NCBI GenBank assembly: GCA_965649825.1
Contig: OZ287707.1
Span: 364,292-428,291 of the forward strand
Direction of reading: 5' to 3'
Source: Penicillus capitatus
Lineage: Eukaryota; Plantae; Chlorophyta
DNA: 64,000 nucleotides
Part shown: positions 1-12,529 of the stretch, in pieces
Position numbering within the stretch: the stretch's first letter is position 1
How the letters are laid out: the number at the start of each line of letters is the position of its first letter
Translations under genes and position numbers: made by a program
The notes under the pieces: model-generated
Databases searched by the model: none
Seen by the model: only the letters and a program-made list of their open reading frames with translations
Told to the model about the DNA's origin: nothing

Positions 1-859
1 TCTTCTTGCTCGCTTGGAGAACGTTTTCACTGTATTTATGACTTTACTGTTCATTGTTTGTTTGTTCTGTTGAAGATTACATCTAAACAGGGATAATTTT
101 TCCGCCTAAGCAAACACATGTCTTTGCAACATTTGTGAATTAGTTCTTGGATTTTTCACAAACAGAACCAGCAGCTACAACAACTGTGTGACCCGTTGTT
201 CATGGTGTCTTCATTTCCCTTCTGCTGTTTGTGAAGTCCTCTCTCAATTTTTTAACCATTTAATTGATTTTGTCTGGTGGCGAGGCTGGTTGGTCTATGA
301 CATATTTTAGCGTTGTGTGTGGGTCCGGTGCGTCATTGGCATGTTTGTGCACTAAAGGGAGAGAAAAACTATTGATGACATCATCATCTATCTCACTCTG
401 TTAACCACACGTATCTGTCACATGACTGGAGTGAAAGAAATAAGAAAGACACAAACACAGTGCACTTGTGTATGATGCGGAAGAAACAAAAGAATCAACA
501 CGTGATGTGACTGTCCGGTTTGCTGTGGATCTGTTCCAAGAAGCAGTTAGAGTATGAGTGACATGGATCTTATGCATTGATCGTCTGCAGTGCATTCTCA
601 ATCTTTTCTACAAACAAAAAAAATCATTAGAAACGGCTTTCTGGTCCGTTCCTGCTCGCGGGTTCTTCAACGAACGTTTGTTGTTGTTGTGCTTTCTCTG
701 GCGATGCAAGAACTCATGCAATGCCATTTATCAGCTGTTTTTTGCATGTCACTAGTATAATAAGCTGCTATTTTTTTCCTTCGTGGGTCCGAATCCCTAT
801 CATTAGTGTCCAACGAACGAATGTTTCCTCGATAAAAAAGCAAGCAGTTAAAGTTTTCT

Positions 860-1000
860 GCATCAAGTTTCACGTATTATCGTTGTTGTTGTTGTTGTGG
901 CAAATGGTGGCGATGGCGTTGATGGTGATCTTTGTCGTTGTCGATGTTGTCGTTGTTGTCTTTGTCAATGTTGTCGTTGTTGTTGATGATGAGGAAAGAG
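860..1000. repeat. Low-complexity (GTT/GTC/GAT)n trinucleotide-rich tract
   Basis: Runs such as gttgttgttgttgttg and gttgtcgttgttgtc; they give a poly-Val ORF on + and an Asn/Asp/Gln-rich ORF on -, with no recognisable domain. Confidence 0.6.
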
Positions 1001-1419
1001 GACTGTCGTCTAGGTTTCATGCACATTTTTTGCATAGCCGAAGAAGTTTTTACATTGGTTGGCACACGCGGTCTGTTGCCTTTTTGAACACACATTGCTC
1101 TCGGTGGCTATTTCTTTCCATTGTTTCTTTCGTTTTTCTAAGCTTCACTCTCTGCTGTTAGCTCGCACACACAGGCAACCACAGAGGACACGACTGTTTC
1201 TTCCGGCCATGCTCAAGTGGTCATCTGGTGAAAAGACTCCGAATTGACCATTCATCTCTGCTGTCGCATCACGCAACTCTCGTCGCTCTTACCTAACGTC
1301 TCTCTCTCCGTACTCTAAATCTCTGTTAATAGTAAACAACAAAACACGCGGCACGCGGCTCTGCTCGACAGTCTATATCGCTTAGCTCGCTTGCTGCATT
1401 CGAGACTGCTCCATACGCC

Positions 1420-3274
1420 ATGCCTTCTAGTCCCAAAGACCAGGGAACGCTGCCCGAGCTCAAGCGAAAATTTCCACCGGAAAATGACATGGACGATTGG
1501 GGTTTAACCACGGCTCAACAGGTCGCGCCCCATTTCCCTCTCTTCGTTGTGACAGTCAATCTCTTATGGTGGCTAACAGGACGCGAAGGTGGAGGAATTC
1601 CGCGATATTCTGGTGGCAAGGGGTGCCTGGAAGCCATCTTTCGATTTTCATACGCTGCTTCGGTTTCTCAGGGCACGCGAATACGAGGTGGATAAAGCCC
1701 TATCTATGTTTCTCGATCATCTCCAATGGCGTCAAGAGAATCGTGTCGATCACATTCTGGAGGAGTTTGAATTCAAAGAACGGGAAGAATTTCTTTCCAT
1801 CTATCCCCAGGGATACCATAAAACGGATAAAAAAGTGCGTCCACCAGACGCGCACCGATGCCTTCTGCCATAACGCGATGCTGTTACAGGGACATCCTAT
1901 CTATATCCAGCATTTGGGCAGAGTAGATATGTCCCGCATTCGACAGATTTCCACGGATGAAAGGATGGTGAAGTATCACATCCAAGAATACGAGCGATGT
2001 CTGACGCAGATTTTTCCAATCTGTTCAAAACTGGCTGGACGTCAAATTGATAAGTCGTTTGCTATAATGGACGTCAAGGGTACGTACGAGGCATGGGATG
2101 GGTGGTCAGAAAACAGAGGGAGATGGGTTTAGGGGTGGGATTCTATCATTTGACAAAAGATGTGAGGCAGATGATGCAAAACGTTACCAAGATCGATCAA
2201 GATAACTACCCAGAAACGCTGTATCATACATGCATCATCAATGCCCCAACGGCTTTTCGTGCGATCTGGGCCATCGTAAAACCAATGCTGAATGCACGAA
2301 CTCAAGCCAAAGTCGAAGTACGATGCTCATCATCAACACCTCTGCGATGTTTCGGTGTCTTAGGTATGTCCTAAGGATTATCTTCCTGCTTTGCTAGAAT
2401 GGATTGACATTGAAAATATACCGGAGTACTTGGGAGGCAAATCTCACGGGACGTTGGTGGACGATTTGGGACCGTGGAAGGATCCTGAGCATATCAGGGC
2501 GCTTGCGGCAGATCAAGTCTCGACATTGGGCGAGGAAGAAGAGGAAGAAGCGCTATCTGTGACCGACGATGGTAATAAGTTCCTCTCCGCTTCGGGCTTT
2601 GGTGATGTTATGTTGGAAGAACATTCAACATCGACGACGCCCAAAGATCCAGGTTTGCAAGAGGAGCCACTGTTTCTAACAGATCCGCCAAAATCAAATC
2701 GCAGTCCTCTTCTTCCTTCGGCTCCAGATCAAACATCGCCCACACCTTCATCGCCGTCGGCGATATCAAGAACAAAAGCCTTAACGGGTAGGTAGAATCG
2801 ACATCTTCTTTGAATTCTTTCTCAGGAAAGCACAGTCGTATCCCCTGTTTCCGTTTTGCTTTTTTTTGGCCCCATAAATCGTTGCGGTACTGCTGATTGG
2901 AAATGTGCTCTCGCGTTTTGGATGATCTCTGAATGGTGCTCATCTTTCTGGGTGCTTATGTAACGTTGCCCATCTGATGGTCTTGATATCGTCTCGTTTG
3001 TTTAGAACGCATCCGAGACCTTGAAACGGCGATGTCACATCGATCAGAAAGCCTTCGGCCATATATTCAAAATAACAAGCTTCCAAATTTCAAAAGACCT
3101 CCGAAGGAAAGTCTGATGTCGCGAGTGGAGATATTGGAACACGGAATGGAGGTTCTACTCGAGGCACAGGTCTGTCTCCCCTCCTCCCCTCACTCTATCA
3201 CCTTTGCTGTTTTCTAGGAACGTCTATGGCGATCAAGGCAAGAAAAGAAATCCTCGATGTGCTGCATCATGTAG
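1420..3274 (+). CDS. SEC14: SEC14/CRAL-TRIO phosphatidylinositol transfer protein (plant SFH-like), multi-exon
   Basis: Exons encode TLLRFLRAREYEVDKA, YPQGYHKTDK|GHPIYIQHLG, DQDNYPETL..IINAPTAFRAIWAIVKPML..TQAKV and NIPEYLGG, joined by ~50-60 nt GT-AG introns. Predicted last exon ERLWRSRQEKKSSMCCIM*. The 3' exons are less certain. Confidence 0.9.
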
Positions 3275-3913
3275 CAGCAGGTCATCCATAACGGACTCTT
3301 TGCAGACATGTCATAGTGATGTCATTCATGACTTCAGCAGATATCGTGCTTCTCTGAGATCTGCGGATGGACTCATTAACTCTGCTGAATGAAACTCTAT
3401 GCATGATTGTAATTGCTTGTTTATCAACTCCTTTTCGGACGTTAGATGATGATGGGTCTCGGGGATGACAGACATGACTGTTATACAGAGCAGATAGATC
3501 GAACCGAGTTCCGCCCTCCGCTTCTCATTTTAGTGAAAACTGTTGCTGCTGTCGATCCACGTCGACACTCTTTCAATGTAATTGACCGTCAGCAGAGAAT
3601 CCATCCTGCTTCGTCTTTACTTTTATTGTGTGCTAATGACACGGGTATCGTACATGGATCAGGGACATTGGATATAAAGCTGGCTATCTGCCAAGCATTC
3701 ATAACATTCAAACAAGGGAGTGACATTATCTTGTGGTCCGTCATGATCTTGAGAGCGTCGTATTCTTTGTAGACACGTGCGAATCTGCGTTCACGTCATC
3801 GATCTCGTCCCTCTTTTACAGTGGTTTACAGGCAACGGGCAGCATAGCAGTCCGTATATATGACAACCCCCTTTACCAACAGATCCATCACCAGCAGCAA
3901 TGTATCGAAAGGC

Positions 3914-5509
3914 TTAGTCAGGGGAGAGTGTGTGCTGGATGTGGTGTACAATCGTGCGTTGCCAGGGTAGATCGCCGACGAAGCTTCCATGACTGTGAGA
4001 CGGATGAATGATCATTTGTATTGGCGTCGACTCAAAGACTCTTTTCACATCGTCCACTGGCACCAATGCATCGCCCTCTGACAAGACGAGAATCGTGTGC
4101 TGCGGCGTCTCCTCTGGCCAAAGATTGAGCTGCATCCAATGGAAACGCCGACAGAGTGCGGCGGCGATGGAAGGATCGTGGGAGAGAAAATGCATGATGG
4201 CAGAATTGATCAAAGCTGTGGGCGTGCTCCAGTCGAATGCCTCGTAGAGAAACGTTCTCAGCAGCTTCGGATTGTGCATCACACAGCAGACGGGATCGAT
4301 CAGACAGAGACCTTTGACTTCGTGCGGATGCAAGGTGTTCAAACGTGAGGCCACAAATGTTCCATAAGAGTGACCCACGACGATGCATCGCTCAAAAGAG
4401 TGATGTTCCAGAATCTCGTGGATATCTTGCACCAGGCGATCGATCGACGGCGTCCCAAAGCACACACGTGTGGAGACGTGCGGCATTTCGACAACGAGTA
4501 TGGGACGCCCTGACTGACACAGCAGCCATATGAATGGTAGGTATATGATGGGCCCAATCCCCAACCCATGGATAAACAGTATTGGCGTACGGCACGCATC
4601 TCTAGAGAACTTCATGAAATACCTCTGCTGATGATGTGAGAGGCTCCAGAATCCATAGAGAGCCAAGGTGGCAGCAAATAAGATACCTAAATGCAGAGAG
4701 GGGATGCAGTTGGGGAGAGGAGAGGGGAATGTTGACTGAGTGCTTCTGTGAAGAGGTAGAGTGCGAGTGGATAATGCATCACACGTATGTTTTCCCACAG
4801 ATGCGATCGGAATCGGACATTTGGCTTGAAACCTTCTCTCAAAACGGTCCCGCATTGAATCTGGTATCTCTCCAGTAATTCCTTAAAAAGCTGCTCGAAT
4901 TCGGAGTGGAGGCCCTGGCTGCCATGTCGCTTCTGAAAGGCAAAGGCATAAGCAATGAGATCCAGGACGTTCTCTCGGGGCAGCTTGCCAAACTCCTCCT
5001 CGATAAACTAAGAGGGCACAACACAAGAGAACTTTTGGCCACTCGATGTCGCCGTACCCAGTCTTTGAGATGTTCTAAAGGATCCAGTCGACGCAACGAT
5101 CTTAAGAACTTCTCAAAATAGAGACGGATCTCATATGGATCCATCTCGGATCGAATTTCTCGACGGTTAAAGAAATAACATCTGATAACACACGAGTGTC
5201 TATTGTGGTCGCAGATGGTGTGATATGAGTGAGAAACCTCGTCATGTTTACAAAGAAGAAGGCCACTTCCAGTAACAGCCAGAGCAAGAAGAGTCGTTTT
5301 CCATCGCAGTTCCACGCTGCCAAGCCCATCGACAAGATAGTAACCGCCGTCCATGCAATCGTCCAGCCATAGCCATTGAGGAAAGGACCCTTTTGGGATA
5401 CGGAAGAAGAAGCAGCAGCGGTCGAAGAATACCGATTGACACAGAAGGACGCCAAGAGTCGCAGCGTCGGCTTCCGTAATGCTGTCAACAGACGCGCGAT
5501 TCGATTCAT
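3914..5509 (-). CDS. Alpha/beta-hydrolase fold protein, multi-exon
   Basis: ILFIHGLGIG oxyanion motif, VVGHSYGT nucleophile elbow (GxSxG), LSEGDALVP and HPSHSHG acid/His regions; upstream exons at 4860-5509. Confidence 0.8.
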
Positions 5510-5830
5510 GCGTTCGTTCGGGCCTGATCCTGAATGTACCGCTGTCGTATCAGCAGGACCACATCGAACAGAGACATCACACGCGACGTACACAATCATC
5601 ATCAGGAAATCTCTACAATTTGTTTGGAATTGTCACACAAAGAGTGAGAGAGTGCGTGGACGTGCCATCCATCCATCCATCCGTGCCTGCCTGCCTGCCA
5701 GGAAGTGAGTGACACTCAGTTGCTTCGTATCAGAATCCTTGGCTGCGATGTTCGTATGGTTGTCTCTGGAATGTGTATCCGGATCTAAACACAGCTGCCT
5801 GTGTTAAGAGGACATATGATAACGGTATTT

Positions 5831-6635
5831 CTAAGGTTGCCTTTCTGAGTAGCTGCGTCCTCTGCCACGATAGCCTCGTCCGCCTCCACCTCGATGCCGC
5901 CCGCGTCCTCGTCCACCGATGGACAGGTTTTGCAAGGAATCTTCGAGACTGGGCACCGGTGACATTCTGAAGGTTACACTTTTCGTATGGCAAGAGGAAT
6001 GAAAATGTGTGACCTGTTTGGAGAGAAGCGGCCGTGCTTCATCCATCGTCCACGATGCATAGGTTGCTGACCTCGACCGCCCTATCACACAAAATCTCAC
6101 ACTCCTGGAATTGAAATGACGTCAAACTCGCAGCGGTTTGCCAGAGAACTCGCGTTCCAGTTCTTCAAACTTGTCGTGTTTCCAGCGATTCGCATTGATG
6201 CCTTCATGCCTCCTCGAGGATGGATATCTGGACATACTGCCATCGGCAAGAGATGGGCCCAATCTGTTGGTACGTTTGCGGAGGCGGCGTCGTCTTTGGC
6301 GCCGTCGTCGATCGATCGTCGTGCATATAGAAGGCACCCACGACTGGGACGTCATATGGCTGAGGTCCTCTTTCTCTCGCCTCAACCGACGGCGCGCGGA
6401 CTGTGGGATTCTCTTCGAGCTCTTCCTGTCTGGAAGAATCGGTCACAGCTGTATCGTCTTCGCTCACGAGTGGCGAATCTCCAATGCGGAGAGCGTGGCC
6501 CTGAAGTGAACTCGCGTGTGGTGGGACAGCCGCCCGCTCGTCTTCGCTCGCAATGGACCGAGTCGTAACACTCTCCAAAGGCGATTCGTCGTCGGATGCC
6601 TCATCGTCCGTTGCAGCATCACGTGGGTTCAACAT
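5831..6635 (-). CDS. CASC3: CASC3/Barentsz (Btz/MLN51) exon-junction-complex protein
   Basis: Btz-domain motifs PYDVPVVGAFYMHDDR and RWKHDKFEELE, acidic N-terminus, RGG-rich C-terminus; first in-frame ATG at 6635. Confidence 0.8.
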
Positions 6636-6733
6636 TGGCAACAACGCCGTCGCCAAAACGCCTAGCCACCGTCATTACCGTATGCAAAACCGTAGGCAAA
6701 GCAATGCGGCTTCGAATGCACTTCGTCGTCGTG

Positions 6734-7747
6734 TTACCGTCGAACTTTGACATCGACATTAAGGAAGACCCTTTTCTGAATGACAGATTCGAGTTCTTGG
6801 CGCGTTGGCTGCCTCACATACTCCTCTATAACACTTCCGCCGCGTCCAACGACGATTTTTCTGACATGATTGTTGGGGACCCACACGATCACTTCGAACA
6901 GATACTCGCCCGATTCGCACTGGCCTTCTCGGACGAGATCGACATCCAGTCGATAAGGTATTTCTTGATTGAGTCGACGATAGAGCTTTTCTTTCACCAG
7001 CTCCGCAGCTAACTGGCCAGTGGATTTGTCGGTGAAAGCACCCGGAGGCAATACCCAATCGCCATCATTGGCGACTGAATGGAAGTAAGCCTTGAGCTGC
7101 GCAATACCGATGTCTCTTAGGGCAGACAGACAGAACACGCGTTCAAAATCGCACCGATCCCTCAAAATGTCTTCCAGCGTGACGAGCTTGAATCTTTCAG
7201 GACGTGCAATGAGATCGACTTTGTTGAGGGCCAAAATGACGGCGGCAGGGTGACCATGAGCTGCCTTGCTTTTCTGAATCTGCTCGGCGAGATCGAAAAC
7301 GGGAATAGCTTTGAGCATGACGCTATCCACAATGCATAAACGTCCCTTGAAGAGTTTCTTGACGACAAGAGCGGCATCGACAATAAAGGTCACGACATCG
7401 CAGTGCTCTGCTGTCGCCCATGCGGCTTCGATTCGAGCCATTTGTCCCTTGTAGTGCGTGTCTCCCGATCGCAAGACGCCAGGCAGATCGTGTAAGACGA
7501 TTTGGGTATCGGTGCCGGAGACGTAGGCTCCCAACTGAACTGCCGTCGTCGTGTTTTTCTTGCTCGAAACGGCGGTGACCTTCCGACCGATGAGACGATT
7601 GGTCAACTCGGACTTTCCGGCATTGGGAATACCGATCAGGCCGACTTTCAAAACGCGTCGCGGATGAGGGACGTCGCTGATGGACGCGAAACGACGCCTC
7701 GTCGGATTTAGAAGAGACCGAAGAGACGAAGAAAGACGCACGAACAT
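6734..7747 (-). CDS. ERA: Era-like GTPase (organellar), single exon, 337 aa
   Basis: G1 GIPNAGKS, G2 NTT, G3 DLPG, G4 NKVD; C-terminal KH domain (QEIPY, KIVVGRGG, VFLNVDVKV). Confidence 0.92.
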   Translation of the reverse strand: MFVRLSSSLRSLLNPTRRRFASISDVPHPRRVLKVGLIGIPNAGKSELTNRLIGRKVTAVSSKKNTTTAVQLGAYVSGTDTQIVLHDLPGVLRSGDTHYKGQMARIEAAWATAEHCDVVTFIVDAALVVKKLFKGRLCIVDSVMLKAIPVFDLAEQIQKSKAAHGHPAAVILALNKVDLIARPERFKLVTLEDILRDRCDFERVFCLSALRDIGIAQLKAYFHSVANDGDWVLPPGAFTDKSTGQLAAELVKEKLYRRLNQEIPYRLDVDLVREGQCESGEYLFEVIVWVPNNHVRKIVVGRGGSVIEEYVRQPTRQELESVIQKRVFLNVDVKVRR

Positions 7748-7838
7748 ACCAATTAGAACGCATCTGAAAGAGCGCTATGATTTGAATGGCAAAGCGAGGA
7801 GCGACTCGCGGAGGCCGGCTCTCTTCAAAGTTTTCTCT

Positions 7839-9300
7839 TTACACCGGCTTCATCCGCAAAACACCAAAAAGGTGTGCACCGTTAGACGAGCCACGGAAAA
7901 GGTATGGTTCGGGATTGCCTTGCTGACAGAATTGCTGCAGGACGTCTCTGGCAGCAGCAGCCTCCAATTGCTTCGCAACCAATACACAGACAGTGCCACC
8001 AGATCCACCTCCCGAAATCTTGCCTCCGTAGATACCCCGATCCGCCGCTCCTTGTGTTAAGCGATACAGAGCATCCGTCTTGGCAGAACCAAGCCCCAGT
8101 TTCTGATACGCCTCGTGTGCGGCGTGCATGAGTCTCCCCAAAGCAATTCCCACATCCCCGCCGCCTTCTGGCGATTCCAGCAACTCGGCAAAACATCGGA
8201 CCCTTTGGATCTCTTCAACAGGATGTCTCGTCGCTGACCGAACATTGTATGACGTTCCTGGATGGATCTCCGTTGCCGCATCCACGTGTGCACCGTATCT
8301 CTCAGTGAACACTTGCCCCTCCAGACACTCTGGCAGGAGCGAAGATTCAATGGCATCGAGTTCAGACGATGGAATGTCCACCAGATAGGAAATGTCTCTT
8401 TCGAGTTCGTTTCGCAAAATCGTTAATCCCATGAATGTCGCCGTTCGGACAGTGGCGTAATCGGATCCCGAAATGGAGTGCCGTTCGCCGGAGTCAATAC
8501 CGATGATGGTCAAGTCTTCCGGAATGTTGACATGGCCAAGAAGGGCACATGGCTGGCACAGTAGCTTCATGAGTTTGCCCTTTTCGCCCATCATTGCCGT
8601 CATTTGGTCCATGATTCCGCAAGAAGCGCCGACGATCTCGTTTTCGACCTTCTGACACAACTGAGCGAGTGTCACATCATCAATGCTCAGCCTTAAAGCA
8701 GCAGCCACCGCTTTCATCGTTGCAACTTCGACACAGGCCGAAGATGACACGCCTTTGCCTTCCGGTACATCGGACGCCAAAAAGAGTCGACATCCAGGAA
8801 CACCGCCCTCTATGTACCCCTCCCTCTTCAACACGATCAGACACCCAGCAATGTAACCTGCCCATTCCTGATCTTTAAACAAAGCACGATAAGCAGACGC
8901 ATCTTGACAGTCGTTGAGAGTCTCGGTCCTGCACTGAAAACTGCCAGACCATACACATTGGCACGTGATACAGGATCGCCGGTAGTTTGTTATCTTACGT
9001 CGTTTCCTGCCGATCTGGCCGAAGAGAGGTCACGTAAACATCGTGGCTTCCTTCAGGGCACTGTGCGGCTGCATAACACGCTTCGAGAATGGGGTATTGC
9101 AGGACAAGTCCTCCAGAGTAATCTGAGATGCCACCCATAACGTCCAACCTCCCAGGAGCTCGAGCCACAAACAGCTCCGTGTCGCCATAGCACACCCGGT
9201 CTTGTTGACATGCTTCATTCAGACGCTTCAAAAACGGTTCGAGATCTGGATACTCGTTGCCGCGTTGTCGAACATCGGGATCGTTCAAATCGAATGGCAT
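7839..9300 (-). CDS. ARA1: GHMP-family sugar kinase similar to the kinase domain of plant L-arabinokinase
   Basis: ARAPGRLDVMGGISDYSGGLVLQYP, VPEGKGVSSSA, GASCGIMDQM, YGGKISGGGSGGTV; short introns between ORF pieces. Confidence 0.8.
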
Positions 9301-9763
9301 GCAAAAAGCGAGAGGCGAAGGAAAGACGGTTGATATGCCGCGTGAGCTTCAATAGCTCGAGACCATTCATTTGGATTTCGCAGACGTTGCCCGAGCAGTA
9401 CATGAACGTGCGACCCTTTATCTGCACCGCATTTGCACACTCGTCATCGGTTGTGCATCGCAGGGCAAAAAGATGCTAATAGAAACGAGTCGTCCATTCG
9501 CAGAGAAGCGCCCAACGGTAGGTCGTCGCGATGCCAACCGAAGCGTCTTTTCATCGACGGCTCCTTCATTCTGCAGCATTCGCTTCGCCCATTTCGTTCG
9601 TTCTGAGAGAAAAAGTCGAATTCGACGCGTTTTTCCTTTTCAGTAGCTCGACCGATTGGTGGAGTCCCTTTTTGTGTACGAGCCTTCGTTCTTATGTCTC
9701 TCACCGGAAAACAGACGAATAAAGCTGAGGCGCCGCTTCAGCCACCGAGGTAAGGGCCTCTCA

Positions 9764-11440
9764 ATGACGTCGGTTAATGAACGGCCTGCCGGTCGACCAC
9801 ATTCAACGTTTCTCTGTCTGACTAGACGACCCACGCGTGCACAAAGGAAGTCAGTTATTGCCGAAGCTCTGCGCTATGAAGCTGTGCAAGGAACGCCAGC
9901 GACCGACGCAGTAGACGCAACGCCATCGCCACAATACAATGCCTGTTTGGAACAGGCACAGACCAGTGTGTTCTCAGCCTTCGGTAAAGGTCCGTCATCC
10001 ACACTCGACAACCCCACCACCTCGTCTCGCCTCGACGGGCATGACATCACGCATGTCTGTCTTTAGATGCAGCCAAGGACGTTGTCGACAGTTTCGAATC
10101 TGGACGACCTGCCAATAATACATGTACAGAAAAGGCACCACCGGCAAATGATATGACGAAGCAATGCTCTATGGTGCATCGCATGATGGAGATGGATGTG
10201 CGTCGATGTGTCTGTCACCATTACGGTTTCCTTCTTACCTTTGTCTGTCTGTGCTGCAGAAAACGGATGTGGATCCTCGAGATCTGCACAAGTTGCTCCC
10301 GTCGACGATGCTATCTTCTGAGAGTCTGGATTTGCGTCCGGATGGAAAACTGGCACGAGGAATGTCGGGCGTCGACATCCACAAGCTGATTGAAGATCAG
10401 GCGATCATGTTCCGTGCCGAACGCAATGGCAAAGGCACGAGTGAAAACGACGTCGGGTGCGAAGATGCCACGCGTCTGAGTCCAACAGTCGAGGAACAAG
10501 ACACTGGAGGGCATCCGACTCAAGAAGATGGACATCCAGGGGGCGTGTCTGCTGAAGCACCTCTCCCTGGCAGTCCTGTGACCGGCTGGCCAGCTGCGGC
10601 TGTACTGGGCATTATGCATCCAATGAATCATTCGTTGCCTCCTGTTGTCAAACCAACACAGACCTCTCGTCCAGAACTGGTCGTCCCCGATCATCTTGTC
10701 TACTCGACATCGGCCATGGCTTGTTTGAATGGAGCTCCAGGCGGTGTTCTACTGGATTGGAATGGCGTTTATGGCGGTCAGCAGGTCTACTCTCGCAGCG
10801 CTTATCATCCGACAAGCAATGCCACGCCTGTTATTCTGGAGAATCCGGTCCAAGAGGAGCAGTATGCTATGAATTATCATCAGGCAGCGCAGGGATCCTC
10901 CGAAAACGCAGCGTCGCAAAGAGACTCGTCTCCAAGAGCATCAGAAAGCGAATCATCTGACAAGGACAAGAACGCTGAAGCATCTTCCAAGAAGTTCAAG
11001 TCTCTAGAGGCCGCATTAGCGTGGTGCCACGTGCAACACTCTCAGAAACAAGTGCCGGTCGTCCCAAAGGATGATGTTCGTAAGCTTGTCGATTTTCAGC
11101 TTACATCCGGAAAGCCAATAAGAGCTCCATGGTACAGACCTCAAACGGATAAAGCGCAGGTCGTGTTTCTGTCATAAGATGTGCTTTGATGTGACGTGAG
11201 CTATGTGGTTGGTGTGCATGCAGGAAGCTGATGAACTGCCAGAAAAGCCAATTGAAAAGAAACCCGTCATCCAGACTCCTAGACGCAAAAGACCAACTGG
11301 AAGTGTTAAGAAACAGGGAACAGGTTTCTTCTGTCCCCCTGGGTCATCCATGGCAAGTGTCTGATGTCCTGCGTACAGTATTGCTGATCTGCTCAGCGTG
11401 GATTCTTACACTGAATCGATCTGGGTTCCATAACGAATAA
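9764..11440 (+). CDS. Hypothetical, largely low-complexity protein, multi-exon
   Basis: Open frames joined by GT-AG introns near 10030-10066, 10195-10259 and 11161-11223; short ordered segment KKFKSLEAALAWCH..KPIRAPWYRP. The 3' end is uncertain. Confidence 0.55.
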
Positions 11441-12529
11441 AGAGCCAGTGCAACTACGGCTCGTCCTTCTTTTCTCTGGTGTCCTATCGAAGTGGACATT
11501 AGGAAAGCTATTTGATTCGAAGATTGTTGTTGCTGAAGTGAATTGCACTAGCCAGTTAGTCAATCACCGAGTTGTTCTGTCCCTTTGGGATGGATGTCGT
11601 AGTTAATGAGCACAAGCACCCTGTTTTCGAACTCTCTGCTTGTGCGTTGTTGTTGTTGTTGTCTGTCATTTATTGTCGGATCTTGGGGCGGCATGCGAAA
11701 CTGTTGTTTTTTGGTCAAATCATTGATGACTGCACAGAAGGAGATGCAAAGCATAATGGGAAAATAAATGGATCCCCCTCTCATTATAGCTTAGCCGGTT
11801 TCCTGTGGAGATGCATTGTTTACGCGATACAAGGAGAACCAGCAAAAAGAGCCCTCCAGAGTACAGACTCGTAACAATTAATGCAATAATGCTTGACGAA
11901 CCGGACGAAAAGAGTGTTAAGAAATAATGTAGATTTGCTTTTTGTATCACCTATTCGTGATTTTAATCGGATCTTGTGATTCATTTAATGGTCTTCAATA
12001 ACAAGAATTGCATCAAGCGTGTCGTTAATCGACATTGGACAGCAAGCATCCTTCAGAGCTAAAGTACAGCAGAGGTAAGCATATTTGCATACGGTCACTG
12101 CTATTGATTTAAAATCTGGTCAAGTTTACTACATGACGCAACTCATCGAAACTTCATAGCATGTCCAGTTCCATTTTGCTGATGATGGCCTTAATCGATC
12201 TGGCTCACTCACGTCGTGGGATGGATGATGACGATCATCACGATCGCCACCATCATCGTCATTCTCTTCTTTTAGATAACGTCACGTGTCGGACCCTGTT
12301 TCTGATGATTGTGCTCGATTTGCTGTCTGACAGATAAAACAGCACGTCAAAATAGATTGTTAGAAAAAGGAGAAGGCGGAGGCTTTGAATCTGAATTCAG
12401 GAGTTATGGGTAGGAGCTCATAATGAAATAAATCTGTAAGAAAGGATCTCTTCTTCAGGCGCTATGGATGATGTGACACGAGAGCTTAGCAGCTGCTGTT
12501 CGTTGGTCTTATTCTTTCGTGAACGCCAT

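Noticed and set aside
721-1161. 146-aa hydrophobic ORF
   Set aside because: Product of GTT/GTC low-complexity repeats; no domain.
5665-5702. (CCAT)n(GCCT)n tract
   Set aside because: Short ordinary microsatellite in an intergenic spacer.
11450-12450. Possible gene or RNA in the AT-richer spacer (also 45560-46900)
   Set aside because: Only short ORFs without recognisable motifs; no snRNA, snoRNA or tRNA pattern I can support.
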